This document shows, in pieces, positions 18,692 to 27,721 of a DNA stretch of 64,000 bases (the stretch's first letter is position 1; every line of letters begins with the position of its first letter). The notes below the pieces were generated by a model. That model worked only from the letters and a program-made list of their open reading frames with translations, was not told the origin of the DNA and did no database searches. Source of the stretch: an uncultured Gammaproteobacteria bacterium. Its GTDB lineage: Bacteria > Patescibacteriota > Microgenomatia > PFEM01 > JAPLYW01. Both the position numbers and the translations under genes were made by a program. The DNA lies in contig OZ246397.1 in the NCBI GenBank assembly GCA_965230945.1, positions 304,749 to 368,748 of the forward strand, read 5' to 3'.

Positions 18692-20065
18692 ATGAAAAAA
18701 ATTCGTCGTCTACCAACAATTGTCGGCATTATTCTCGTTTTGGGAGCTATTGTTAGCGGTGTTTTTTTAATTAAGCAAGGTCCCAGTCTTTTTCTAAGGG
18801 CCGCTCCGGAGATTACCCCTGCCCAAATAAAAATCACTAATGTCAACGGTAGTAGTTTTGCAGTTTCTTGGATTACTGATGAAAAAACCACCGGCTTTGT
18901 AAAATATGGTCTGGAGCAAAAAGTTTCTTTTACTGCAACTGATGATCGCGACCAACTTTCTGGAAAAACAGAAAGTTTTTTAACCCACCATGTAACAGTC
19001 AAAAATCTAAAACCTAACACCAGCTACTTCTTTAAAATTGGCTCTGGTGGCAAAATTTTTGATAACAATGGCCAGGCTTATCAGATAAAAACTGCTCCGG
19101 CCTTTTCAGGTTCCCCGCCTCCTAATGATGTCGCTTACGGTACTGTAGTGGATCAAAACAGCAATCCAGTTGAGGGGGCTATCGTTTATCTTTCCTTAGC
19201 CAATGCCAATCCTACTTCCACCCTCAGTAAATCTTCAGGAAGTTGGGTAATCCCTTTAAATTTAATCCGCTCGGCTGATCTTTCCTCTTATGCCAACTAT
19301 GATAAAGAGGCTTCAATTGAAGAAATTTTTATTCAGGCTGGCTCCTTAGGAACGGCTGCGGTAGTAGCCACCACTAAAAATGACAGTCCCATGCCTAAGA
19401 TTATTCTGGGGCAAAACTTTGACTTTAGACAAATCGCTGAGGAAAAATCAACGACACCAGAAAAAGAACAAGAATCTAGCCAAGAAGCAACGGCTACCAG
19501 TAAATTTAGCCTCAATGAAACAACTACGCCATCAGCCTCTACCATCTCAGCTAAACTCGATATCATCAATCCCGAAGAAAATGAAGAGCTCAACTCTCAA
19601 AAACCACAAATTTTGGGAACTGGACCAGTGAATAAAACCCTTACCATTACCATACAATCTCCAGCCACTTATTCAGGCACAGTTAAAGTAGACAATCAAG
19701 GTAATTGGAGCTGGATCCCGCCTGAAAACCTAGAACCAGGTGAACATACCGTTACTGCCAGCTATACTGATGAAAATGGCCAAGAACAAAAAATTTCCAA
19801 AACCTTCATCGTTCTGGCTTCAGGAACCAGCTCCCTGCCGGCGATGACTGCTTCTCCCTCAGCAGAGACATCGCCTTCTGCCGAAGCTTCTCCTTCACCA
19901 ACACCAACCATAGCTACTGATAGCAGTCGCACTTCTATGCCTTCAACCAGTGAGGGCGTACCAACTTCTGGTTACTTGACACCAACCTTTACGGTCTTCA
20001 TAATAGGAATCAGTTTAATTTTCATGGCATTATTTCTAAGAAAACTTAATGGACGATCTGCCTAA
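18692..20065 (+). CDS. Surface protein with Fn3-like and Ig-like domains and a C-terminal anchor
   Basis: Fn3 motifs (FAVSWITD, H.VTVKNLKPNTSYFFKI), Ig-like GNWSW..PENLEPGEHTVTA, Ser/Thr/Pro linker, VPTSG plus TM. Confidence 0.8.
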   Translation: MKKIRRLPTIVGIILVLGAIVSGVFLIKQGPSLFLRAAPEITPAQIKITNVNGSSFAVSWITDEKTTGFVKYGLEQKVSFTATDDRDQLSGKTESFLTHHVTVKNLKPNTSYFFKIGSGGKIFDNNGQAYQIKTAPAFSGSPPPNDVAYGTVVDQNSNPVEGAIVYLSLANANPTSTLSKSSGSWVIPLNLIRSADLSSYANYDKEASIEEIFIQAGSLGTAAVVATTKNDSPMPKIILGQNFDFRQIAEEKSTTPEKEQESSQEATATSKFSLNETTTPSASTISAKLDIINPEENEELNSQKPQILGTGPVNKTLTITIQSPATYSGTVKVDNQGNWSWIPPENLEPGEHTVTASYTDENGQEQKISKTFIVLASGTSSLPAMTASPSAETSPSAEASPSPTPTIATDSSRTSMPSTSEGVPTSGYLTPTFTVFIIGISLIFMALFLRKLNGRSA

Positions 20066-20744
20066 AACTGACCATGATCAAGATCAAAATACAAAAGAAA
20101 AACCTATTGAGATTGGCTCTTTCGATCAAAAATCTCCCCTTTCTCAAACTCAAAGCAGTTCAATAGAACCGCCAAAAGCAATGCCACCTCTCCCAGAAAC
20201 CGATGAAAAACCATCTGAAGTAAAAATAATAGGAGAACCAGAAGTAAAACAGACGGCACCAGAAGTAACCAATATTACTACCTCACCTCCTGAAAATAAG
20301 AACAAAAAACTTAAAAATATTTCCGCCATTATAGGCTTGCTTATCATTATCATTGCCCTACCTTTAAGTCTTTTGTTAGTTAAACAAAGGCAAGAAATTA
20401 GGAAAAAGGCTGAAGCTCCTGGCCTAAGTGGAAGCATTTCTTTTTGCGGTATTACCATTAGTCCAACTGGACAGTCTTTTAGTAATGGCACTTATACTTT
20501 CACTTATTCAATTACCGGAAGTGGTCATACTGTAAAAGTTCATACTTATGGTTGTGCTTGTGTAGAGGGAGCAAGAGGAAGTTGCGGTACTAATTCTGGA
20601 AAATGTAAAGGTAATAGCTTCACTACCCAAACCCCTTATAGCGGAAGCATTACCGCCCCTAAAATTGGAGATGATTGTGGAACTTATCAAGCTGATGTCT
20701 ATGTCGTCTCTGTAGATGGGAATACAGCCTGTCACAATAACTAA
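20049..20744 (+). CDS. Membrane-anchored Cys-rich protein
   Basis: Disordered N-terminus, TM, QRQEIRKKA motif, Cys-containing extracellular domain. Confidence 0.75.
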   Translation: MDDLPKTDHDQDQNTKEKPIEIGSFDQKSPLSQTQSSSIEPPKAMPPLPETDEKPSEVKIIGEPEVKQTAPEVTNITTSPPENKNKKLKNISAIIGLLIIIIALPLSLLLVKQRQEIRKKAEAPGLSGSISFCGITISPTGQSFSNGTYTFTYSITGSGHTVKVHTYGCACVEGARGSCGTNSGKCKGNSFTTQTPYSGSITAPKIGDDCGTYQADVYVVSVDGNTACHNN

Positions 20745-21871
20745 TGAATAAACTTAAATTTAGCAAGTCAACTATTTTTACCCTTTTAGGCATCCTTGTT
20801 ATTGTTGCTTCTATTCCAATGGCAGTAATCTTGGTCAACCAAAGGCAAGAAATTAGAAAAGAAGCGGCTCAATCATGCGGAAGCTGGTGTGCCTCTAAAG
20901 TTGGCCATGCAGATTATCCGTGGTGTATTTGTAATGCGGACAGAAGCCCAAAGTCTGGCTATACAGAAGCTGGTAGAACGACAACCTCAGACTGTACCCG
21001 TTCTTGTGTGGCCTATCGAGAGAAAAGTTCTCCACCACCATCTCAGCCAACAGCTACACCAACACCAAAGTCAAGCGGTCCATCTTGCGGCAGTTGGTGT
21101 GCTTCAAGGGTCGGTCATGCAGATTATCCGTGGTGTATTTGTAATGCGGACAGAAGCCCAAAGTCTGGCTATACAGAAGCTGGTAGAACGACAACCTCAG
21201 ACTGTACCCGTTCTTGTGTTGCTTATAAACAATCTACATCTGCTCCTACTCCAACCCCCTCTGGCCAAAACTGTGGTGGTTGGTGTGCTTCAAAAGTCGG
21301 TCATGCAGATTATCCTTGGTGTATTTGTAATGCCGATAGAAGTCCTGCCTCAGGCTATACAGAAGCTGGTAGAACGACAACCTCAGACTGTACCCGTTCT
21401 TGTGTGGCCTATTCTTCTACCCAAGATGCCGCCGGTGCCGCAGGACATCCAGTTTGGGGACTCTATCAAACCGGTAAAACCTGCTCTGTTACTTCTACAC
21501 CTACCCCGACACCTACTAGAGGAACTACACCTACCCCGACACCTACTAGAGGAACTACACCTACCCCGACACCTACTGGGACCGTTACTCCTACTCCTAC
21601 ACTAACGATCACACCAACCCCAACTCCAACTAGTACAGTAACTCCTACCCCCACAGCCACTGTGACCCCAACTGGTACGATCACACCAACCCCAACTGGT
21701 ACGATCACACCAACCCCAACTGGTACGATCACACCAACCCCTACCCCAACCACAATAGCTGCAGCTACTCCAAGCGCAGAACTACCTGAGGCTGGCTTTA
21801 CCCTTCCTACTTTTGGAGCTATCATCGGTGGTATTCTATTAATAATCACTTCACTGATCTTCATTCTCTAA
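20744..21871 (+). CDS. Secreted Cys-repeat surface protein with Pro/Thr stalk and LPEAG anchor
   Basis: TM plus QRQEIRKEA, three 47-aa 6-Cys repeats, PT repeats, LPEAG plus hydrophobic tail. Confidence 0.85.
   Translation: MNKLKFSKSTIFTLLGILVIVASIPMAVILVNQRQEIRKEAAQSCGSWCASKVGHADYPWCICNADRSPKSGYTEAGRTTTSDCTRSCVAYREKSSPPPSQPTATPTPKSSGPSCGSWCASRVGHADYPWCICNADRSPKSGYTEAGRTTTSDCTRSCVAYKQSTSAPTPTPSGQNCGGWCASKVGHADYPWCICNADRSPASGYTEAGRTTTSDCTRSCVAYSSTQDAAGAAGHPVWGLYQTGKTCSVTSTPTPTPTRGTTPTPTPTRGTTPTPTPTGTVTPTPTLTITPTPTPTSTVTPTPTATVTPTGTITPTPTGTITPTPTGTITPTPTPTTIAAATPSAELPEAGFTLPTFGAIIGGILLIITSLIFIL
20876..21412 (+). repeat. Three 141-bp intragenic repeats (20876-21016, 21086-21226, 21272-21412)
   Basis: Each encodes CGxWCASxVGHADYPWCICNADRSPxSGYTEAGRTTTSDCTRSCVAY, with long identical DNA tracts. 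Confidence 0.97.
21495..21741 (+). repeat. Tandem repeats encoding the Pro/Thr stalk
   Basis: 30-bp unit, about 2.8 copies (21495-21577); 24-bp unit ACCCCAACTGGTACGATCACACCA, 3 copies (from 21665). Confidence 0.92.
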
Positions 21872-21892
21872 AGACTGTGGTAAAATCACTTT

Positions 21893-23134
21893 ATGAAAGT
21901 CGCTATTATTGGTGGTGGACCTACTGGCTTAATTATTGGTTTGAGAGTTAGTCAAAAAGGGCATCAGATAACCGTTTTTGAAAAAGGAAAAAAGATCGGC
22001 GGTTTAAGTAAAACTTTTAAAAGAAAAGACTGGCAATGGCCAGTTGAACAATTTTATCATCATCTTTTTTCTTCTGATAAAACCGCTAAAAAAGTTATCT
22101 CTCAGTTAGGATTAAAAGATAAACTCTTTTATTCACAACCCAAAACTTCTATTTTCAAAAATCATCAATTTCTAAGGCTTGATTCTCCCTTATCTGTTTT
22201 GAAATTTCCCTACTTCTCTTTCTTAGAAAAGGTAAGATTTGGTCTAGTTACTCTTTATCTTAAATTGAGTAATAATTTTCTCACTTTTGAAAAAATCCCG
22301 GCTGTTAAGTGGTTAAAAAAAGCTTATGGGAAAAAAGTCTATCAATTTTTATGGGAACCTCTTTTAAAATCAAAATTTCCTTTCAAAACTAGCCAAATAT
22401 CCCTCTCTTGGTTTTGGGCTAGAATTAAAGTAAGAGGCTCAAACCTTGGCTATCTTAAAGGAGGCTTTCAGGTTTTAACCGATAAGTTAGAAAAAAAGAT
22501 AAAAGAAAATGGTGGCCAAATACTAACCAATCACGAAATCAAAAGCTTTAAAAATTTAAAAAACTTTGACAAAATTATTTTCACCACTCCCATTTCTATA
22601 TTTTTAAAAATAGCCAAAAACAAACTCCCTAAAAGCTACCAAGAGCAGCTCAAAAAACTAAAAATGCTAGGTGCTCTTAGTCTAATTCTCGTCTCAAAAG
22701 AAAAATTTCTGAAAGATGGCACCTATTGGCTAAATATCAATGAAAAAAATTATCCTTTCGTTGCCGTAGTTGAACATACCAACTTTATCCCCTCAAAACA
22801 CTACAATAAAAATAAAATTCTTTATATTGGCGGTTATTATCCTCAAAATCATCCCTTTTTTAAAATGAACAAAGAGCAAATCTTAAAAGAATTCTTACCT
22901 TACCTTAAAAAAATCAATCCCCAATTTAATCTAAAAGCAATAATCGATTCTTACTTTTTCACTGATCTCAATACACAACCCTTAAGAATAGTTAACTATC
23001 TTCAATTAATGCCTTCTTCTAAAACACCCATTAAAAACACCTTTTTGGCCAACATGCAGTTAGTCTATCCTTATGATCGAGGCACTAACTATGCTTTTCA
23101 ATTAGGAATTAAAATTGCCAATGAAGTGGAATAA
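21893..23134 (+). CDS. FAD-dependent oxidoreductase (HemY/amine-oxidase-like family)
   Basis: KVAIIGGGPTG, EK...IGGL, FYHHLF, GYLKGGF, YPYDRGTNYA. Confidence 0.85.
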   Translation: MKVAIIGGGPTGLIIGLRVSQKGHQITVFEKGKKIGGLSKTFKRKDWQWPVEQFYHHLFSSDKTAKKVISQLGLKDKLFYSQPKTSIFKNHQFLRLDSPLSVLKFPYFSFLEKVRFGLVTLYLKLSNNFLTFEKIPAVKWLKKAYGKKVYQFLWEPLLKSKFPFKTSQISLSWFWARIKVRGSNLGYLKGGFQVLTDKLEKKIKENGGQILTNHEIKSFKNLKNFDKIIFTTPISIFLKIAKNKLPKSYQEQLKKLKMLGALSLILVSKEKFLKDGTYWLNINEKNYPFVAVVEHTNFIPSKHYNKNKILYIGGYYPQNHPFFKMNKEQILKEFLPYLKKINPQFNLKAIIDSYFFTDLNTQPLRIVNYLQLMPSSKTPIKNTFLANMQLVYPYDRGTNYAFQLGIKIANEVE

Positions 23135-24758
23135 AAAAATAATTTTCATCTTTTCTTTATTGGGTATTATCCTTTTAGGGGGGTTTTTACGCTTCTACAA
23201 TCTCAATTGGGATCAAGGTCACTTCTTTCATCCTGATGAAAGAAACATTGCTAACGCTGTTTCCAAAATTAGATTTTTTCATCAATTAAATCCTCAGTTC
23301 TTTGCCTACGGCAGCTTACCTATCTATCTCTATAGAGTTACAGGAGATATTTTAGTCGCTTTGACTAAAAACCAAGATTGGGTCTTAGAATGGCCCAATA
23401 TTAACATTATCGGCAGAAGCTTTTCGGCCCTTTTTTCTAGCCTATCTTTAATTTTGGTCTTCTTTTTAACTAAAAAAATATTTAATAAAAAAGTGGCTAT
23501 TTTGGCTACTTTTTTTACTGCCTTTTGTCCTTCCCTTATCCAAACGGCTCACTTCAGTGTAACCGAAAGTCTACTTGTCTTCTGGTTGCTTTTAATAAGC
23601 CTTCTTTCTTTAAAGATTGCCGATAAGGCAAGCTATAAAAATTATCTGGTGACAGGTTTTATTTGGGGACTAGCTTTAGCCACTAAGATCTCCGCCCTTT
23701 CCTTTGCTATCATTCCCTTAACCGCTCATCTTCTTTTCCATTTTAGAAAAATAAAAAACTATTTAAAACTTCTTGTCGGTTTTACCGTTGCTTTTCTAAC
23801 CTTTGCCTTTTTATCACCTTATACCTTCCTAGCCAAAGAAAAATTTTTGGAATCAATGAGATACGAAAGTGGTATTGTTTGGGGAACACTAAAAGTAGTT
23901 TATGTCCTACAGTTTGAAAAAACCTTACCCTATCTTTTTCAAATCAAAAACTTGCTTTGGCAAATGGGACCAACAGCTTTCTTGGGAATCCTGGGTCTTC
24001 TTGTCCTTTTAGTAATCGCCTTTAAAAAGAAAGAGAAAAAGATTTTTATTCTTCTTTCTTTTCCTATCGCTTACTTTCTCTATGCCGGGCTTTGGTACAC
24101 TAAATTCATCCGCTATATGATTCCCTTACTTCCTTTTTTAGCCATTGGTCTTGCCTGGCTAATTTACAAGATTCGTTTAAAAACTAAAATCTTTGGCAAT
24201 TTTTTAATCATTTTATGTCTCCTTACCAACCTTCTTTGGGCCTTAGCTTTTTTTTCTATCTATAGTAAAGAACAAACAAGAATAACGGCTTCAAAATGGG
24301 TTTACCAAAATATTAAAAAAGGGGATTACATTCTTAACGAACATTGGGATGACGGGCTACCCTTAAATCTTGACTCAAATCATCCCTCTAATTACAAAAT
24401 TGAACAATTAACCATCTATGAAGCCGACAATCAACAAAAACTTAACTACTATGCTGAAAAACTAGACCAAGCTAACTATCTCATCATTAACAGTCGCCGC
24501 CTCTACGGCACTTTAATGTTTTTACCAGAAAAATATCCATTAACCTCTAAATATTACCAACTGCTTTTTGAAAACAAACTAGGCTATAATAAAGTAGCTG
24601 AATTTACCTCCTATCCATCAATTTTAGGAATCGTAATTAATGATGATAAAAGTGAAGAAAGCTTCCAGGTTTATGATCACCCAAAAGTTATGATTTTTGA
24701 AAACAAAAAGATTTTTAACCAAAAGCAGTTTGAAGAGATTTTAAACATTTATGATTAA
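23121..24758 (+). CDS. GT-C fold glycosyltransferase (PMT/ArnT-like)
   Basis: LRFYNLNWD..FFHPDE after TM1, GLALATK, RYMIPLLP. Multi-TM. Confidence 0.85.
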   Translation: MKWNKKIIFIFSLLGIILLGGFLRFYNLNWDQGHFFHPDERNIANAVSKIRFFHQLNPQFFAYGSLPIYLYRVTGDILVALTKNQDWVLEWPNINIIGRSFSALFSSLSLILVFFLTKKIFNKKVAILATFFTAFCPSLIQTAHFSVTESLLVFWLLLISLLSLKIADKASYKNYLVTGFIWGLALATKISALSFAIIPLTAHLLFHFRKIKNYLKLLVGFTVAFLTFAFLSPYTFLAKEKFLESMRYESGIVWGTLKVVYVLQFEKTLPYLFQIKNLLWQMGPTAFLGILGLLVLLVIAFKKKEKKIFILLSFPIAYFLYAGLWYTKFIRYMIPLLPFLAIGLAWLIYKIRLKTKIFGNFLIILCLLTNLLWALAFFSIYSKEQTRITASKWVYQNIKKGDYILNEHWDDGLPLNLDSNHPSNYKIEQLTIYEADNQQKLNYYAEKLDQANYLIINSRRLYGTLMFLPEKYPLTSKYYQLLFENKLGYNKVAEFTSYPSILGIVINDDKSEESFQVYDHPKVMIFENKKIFNQKQFEEILNIYD

Positions 24759-26778
24759 CGATCTTACCTACATTTTTAGTTGGTGGTTTTTATTTTTTGC
24801 TCTTGGTATTCTCTTTTTACCTTTAAATTACTTCTTCTTTAAAAAATTCTTTGACCATGGCTATATCTTCAGTAAAATATTAGCCCTCTTACTTATTAGC
24901 TACACTAGTTGGCTTTTAGCTAGCTTAAAAATCCTTCCTTTTAGCCAAATAAGCATTTTGGGGATCATTATTCTTTGGGGACTGATTAACCTTTTTATCA
25001 AAAAACTCAGCAAATTAAATATCAAGTCCTTGATTAAAAAGAATTGGAAAATCTTTTTACTTGAAGAGCTTCTTTTCATCTTTTGTCTGCTTGCTTGGTC
25101 TTTTGTCCGCGGTTTCCAGCCTAATATCCATGGTTTGGAAAAACTCATGGACTATGGCTTTGTTAATACCATCCTCCGTTCTAGCTTCTTTCCTCCTTTA
25201 GATATGTGGTTTTCAGGAGAAACCATTAACTATTACTACTTTGGTCATCTCATAACTGCTCTTTTAACTAAAATTACTAAAATTGACTCTGCCATTACCT
25301 ATAACCTCATGATCGCCAGCCTTTTTGCCTTTATCTTTACGGCCGTCTTTTCTTTAGCTGGTAACTTAACTTCTTTTTTTCTAAAAGAAAAAAGAATAAA
25401 GAATAAATTAAAATTTATCTTGTTAGGTGGCTTTTTAGCTGCCTTTTTCCTTAGCTTAGGAGGCAACTTACACCCTTTTTACTGGCTTGTAAAAGAAGGT
25501 ACCTTTGTCGGTTATTGGTACCCCGATGCCACCCGTTTTATTGTGGAAAAATTTGGGGCGGCTGATAATACCATTCATGAATTCCCTCTTTATAGTTTTG
25601 TGGTCGCTGACCTTCACAGCCATCTTTTAAACCTGCCTTTTGTCCTTCTTTTTATCGGCCTCTTAATAAGGCTTTTTTATCTAAAAATTATCAAACTAGC
25701 TGATTCCGTCTTTTACGGCTTTTTGCTGGGAATAATGTATATAACTAATCCCTGGGATCTACCAATTTATTTTCTTCTTTTATCTCTGGTTGTTTTTTAT
25801 CATTATTATCTAAACTTCAACTTAAGTTTTAAAACATTTCTTAAGACTTTCTTATTCTCTCTTAGCGTATTTTTACTAGCCATCATTTTTCCCTTGCCTT
25901 TCCATCTTCAATTTAACCCCATTGCCAATAAAATTGCCTTGGTTGACTTTAATTCTCCCCCATGGATGCTTTTGGTTCTATGGGGCTTACCGCTTTTTAT
26001 AAGCTTAAGCTTTCTACTAATTTTAAAAACAAACAAGATGAAATTAAGTAAAACTGATTCTTTTATCTTAACTTTACTTGGCGTCAGTTGGTTTCTAATT
26101 ATTGTTCCCGAGATTATTTACCTTAAAGATATCTACATTCATTCTTATCAACGAGCCAATACCATGTTTAAACTTACCTATCAGTCTTTTGTTATGTTCT
26201 CCTTATCAACCGGCTTCATTTTCTTAAGAATTTTCCTTCTTAAAAGCAAAAAGATAAAAATACTGCTTCTTCTTTTAAGCCTACCCTTTATCTTTTCTGT
26301 CTCTGTCTATCCTTACTTTGCTATCAAGTCTTTTTATGGTTTCCAAAATTACAAAGGTCTTTATGGTTTAAACCAGCTTAAGAATTTTTATCCAGACGAC
26401 TATCAAGGAATTCTATGGCTAAGAGAAAATATTAAAGGCCAACCAGTAATTGTCGAAGCTGTGGGTGAAAGTTACACTGACTTTGCCAGGGTTTCAGCTA
26501 ATACAGGTCTGCCTACCATCTTAGGCTGGCGAGTTCATGAATGGCTTTGGCGAGGTTCCTTTGACGAACCTGGCAAGAGAACTGAAGAAGTCAAAGAAAT
26601 TTATGAAAATAATGACATTGAGAAAACCCAAAAGCTTCTAGAAAAACATCAGGTTAGTCTAATTTTTATAGGCAGTTTAGAAAGAAAACAATATCTTAAT
26701 CTAAAAGAGGAAAAGTTCAGCAAACTAGGGAAGTCTATTTTCTCTTCTGGACAAACCAAGATTTACAAGATTGACTAA
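24751..26778 (+). CDS. DUF2298 (YYY-motif) membrane protein, probable GT-C
   Basis: EKLMD, PPLDMWFSG..INYYYFGH, IHEFP.YSF...DLH, RANTMFKLTYQ, GLPTILGW..HE.LWR. Confidence 0.85.
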   Translation: MINDLTYIFSWWFLFFALGILFLPLNYFFFKKFFDHGYIFSKILALLLISYTSWLLASLKILPFSQISILGIIILWGLINLFIKKLSKLNIKSLIKKNWKIFLLEELLFIFCLLAWSFVRGFQPNIHGLEKLMDYGFVNTILRSSFFPPLDMWFSGETINYYYFGHLITALLTKITKIDSAITYNLMIASLFAFIFTAVFSLAGNLTSFFLKEKRIKNKLKFILLGGFLAAFFLSLGGNLHPFYWLVKEGTFVGYWYPDATRFIVEKFGAADNTIHEFPLYSFVVADLHSHLLNLPFVLLFIGLLIRLFYLKIIKLADSVFYGFLLGIMYITNPWDLPIYFLLLSLVVFYHYYLNFNLSFKTFLKTFLFSLSVFLLAIIFPLPFHLQFNPIANKIALVDFNSPPWMLLVLWGLPLFISLSFLLILKTNKMKLSKTDSFILTLLGVSWFLIIVPEIIYLKDIYIHSYQRANTMFKLTYQSFVMFSLSTGFIFLRIFLLKSKKIKILLLLLSLPFIFSVSVYPYFAIKSFYGFQNYKGLYGLNQLKNFYPDDYQGILWLRENIKGQPVIVEAVGESYTDFARVSANTGLPTILGWRVHEWLWRGSFDEPGKRTEEVKEIYENNDIEKTQKLLEKHQVSLIFIGSLERKQYLNLKEEKFSKLGKSIFSSGQTKIYKID

Positions 26779-27707
26779 TCTCTCAAGAGATTTTGAACAT
26801 GCTGATGCACTTCTTGCCAATCACCTGATTCGGGAATCAAAACCCACTGGTTATCATATTTTTCTCTAGAAGGAGGCGGATTAATTAAATAACCGTCATT
26901 TAAAACTTCTGTTTTTATCTTGCTCTTTTTAATCTTCAAGCCTACCTTCAGTAAATCATCATATTTACTTGAGGAAATATCAGTTTTGATATTTTCATTA
27001 ACCAATTTAATTAATTGATTTAAACGACTGTAGCTAAAAACCACTTGAGGATTAAAAAGTCTTTTTTTAATAGCTAAAAGTAATCTTTGTTGTCGTTGAG
27101 AACGAGCAAAGTCAGTACCTTCGTCGCCTTCAGCATTTCTAGAACGAACATATTTTAAGGCTCTTTGGCCATCCATCCATTGTTTTCCAGCTTCAAAATG
27201 GATATCTTGGTAACGGCAATTAAATTCTGGATCTCCATCACATAAATCATCTTCTTTGCCAACAATCGGATAGCGATAGTCATCAAAAGAGCGTTCTACA
27301 TCTACTTCAATTCCATCCAGAAGATCAACCATTTTGGTAAAAACATCGAAATCAACAAGGAGGCTATAGTCTATTTTTTGGCCTAGAATATTACTGACAA
27401 CACTTTTAGTTTCATCCATACCCTCGTAATGATAGACACTATTTAATTTCGTTCTTAATGAGGGCACCCAAATATCCCGAGGCAAAGAAAGCAATAAACT
27501 CTTACCGCTTTCATTTTCTATAGAAAAAAAGATAATCGTATCGGTTAAATCATTACCAGTATGATTTTCACCAGCCATCCCTAAAACCAAGATGTTGGTT
27601 CGTCCTGATGGTGGTTTTAAAAGATAATAACCACCAACAATTAAAGAGCCAATAATTAAAAAGCTAATTCCTAACCAAAAAAGTAATTTTTTCCAACGAT
27701 TGTTCAT
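26775..27707 (-). CDS. LytR-CpsA-Psr (LCP) family cell-wall transferase
   Basis: NILVLG, TDTI, SLPRD, ALKYVRSR, DFARSQRQQ. Confidence 0.93.
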   Translation of the reverse strand: MNNRWKKLLFWLGISFLIIGSLIVGGYYLLKPPSGRTNILVLGMAGENHTGNDLTDTIIFFSIENESGKSLLLSLPRDIWVPSLRTKLNSVYHYEGMDETKSVVSNILGQKIDYSLLVDFDVFTKMVDLLDGIEVDVERSFDDYRYPIVGKEDDLCDGDPEFNCRYQDIHFEAGKQWMDGQRALKYVRSRNAEGDEGTDFARSQRQQRLLLAIKKRLFNPQVVFSYSRLNQLIKLVNENIKTDISSSKYDDLLKVGLKIKKSKIKTEVLNDGYLINPPPSREKYDNQWVLIPESGDWQEVHQHVQNLLRD

Positions 27708-27721
27708 GATAAAATGGAGCA

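Noticed and set aside
20876-21412. Near-identical repeats as a DGR template/variable pair
   Set aside because: All copies are in frame within one gene, differences are mostly synonymous and not adenine-specific, and no reverse transcriptase is in the window.
20889-21864. Alternative-frame ORFs 20889-21605 (+) and 21466-21864 (-)
   Set aside because: Shadows of the repetitive Cys/PT coding sequence with no independent features.
21893-23134. Calling the flavoprotein hemY
   Set aside because: No haem pathway context. Its neighbours are glycosyltransferases, so only the family is assigned.
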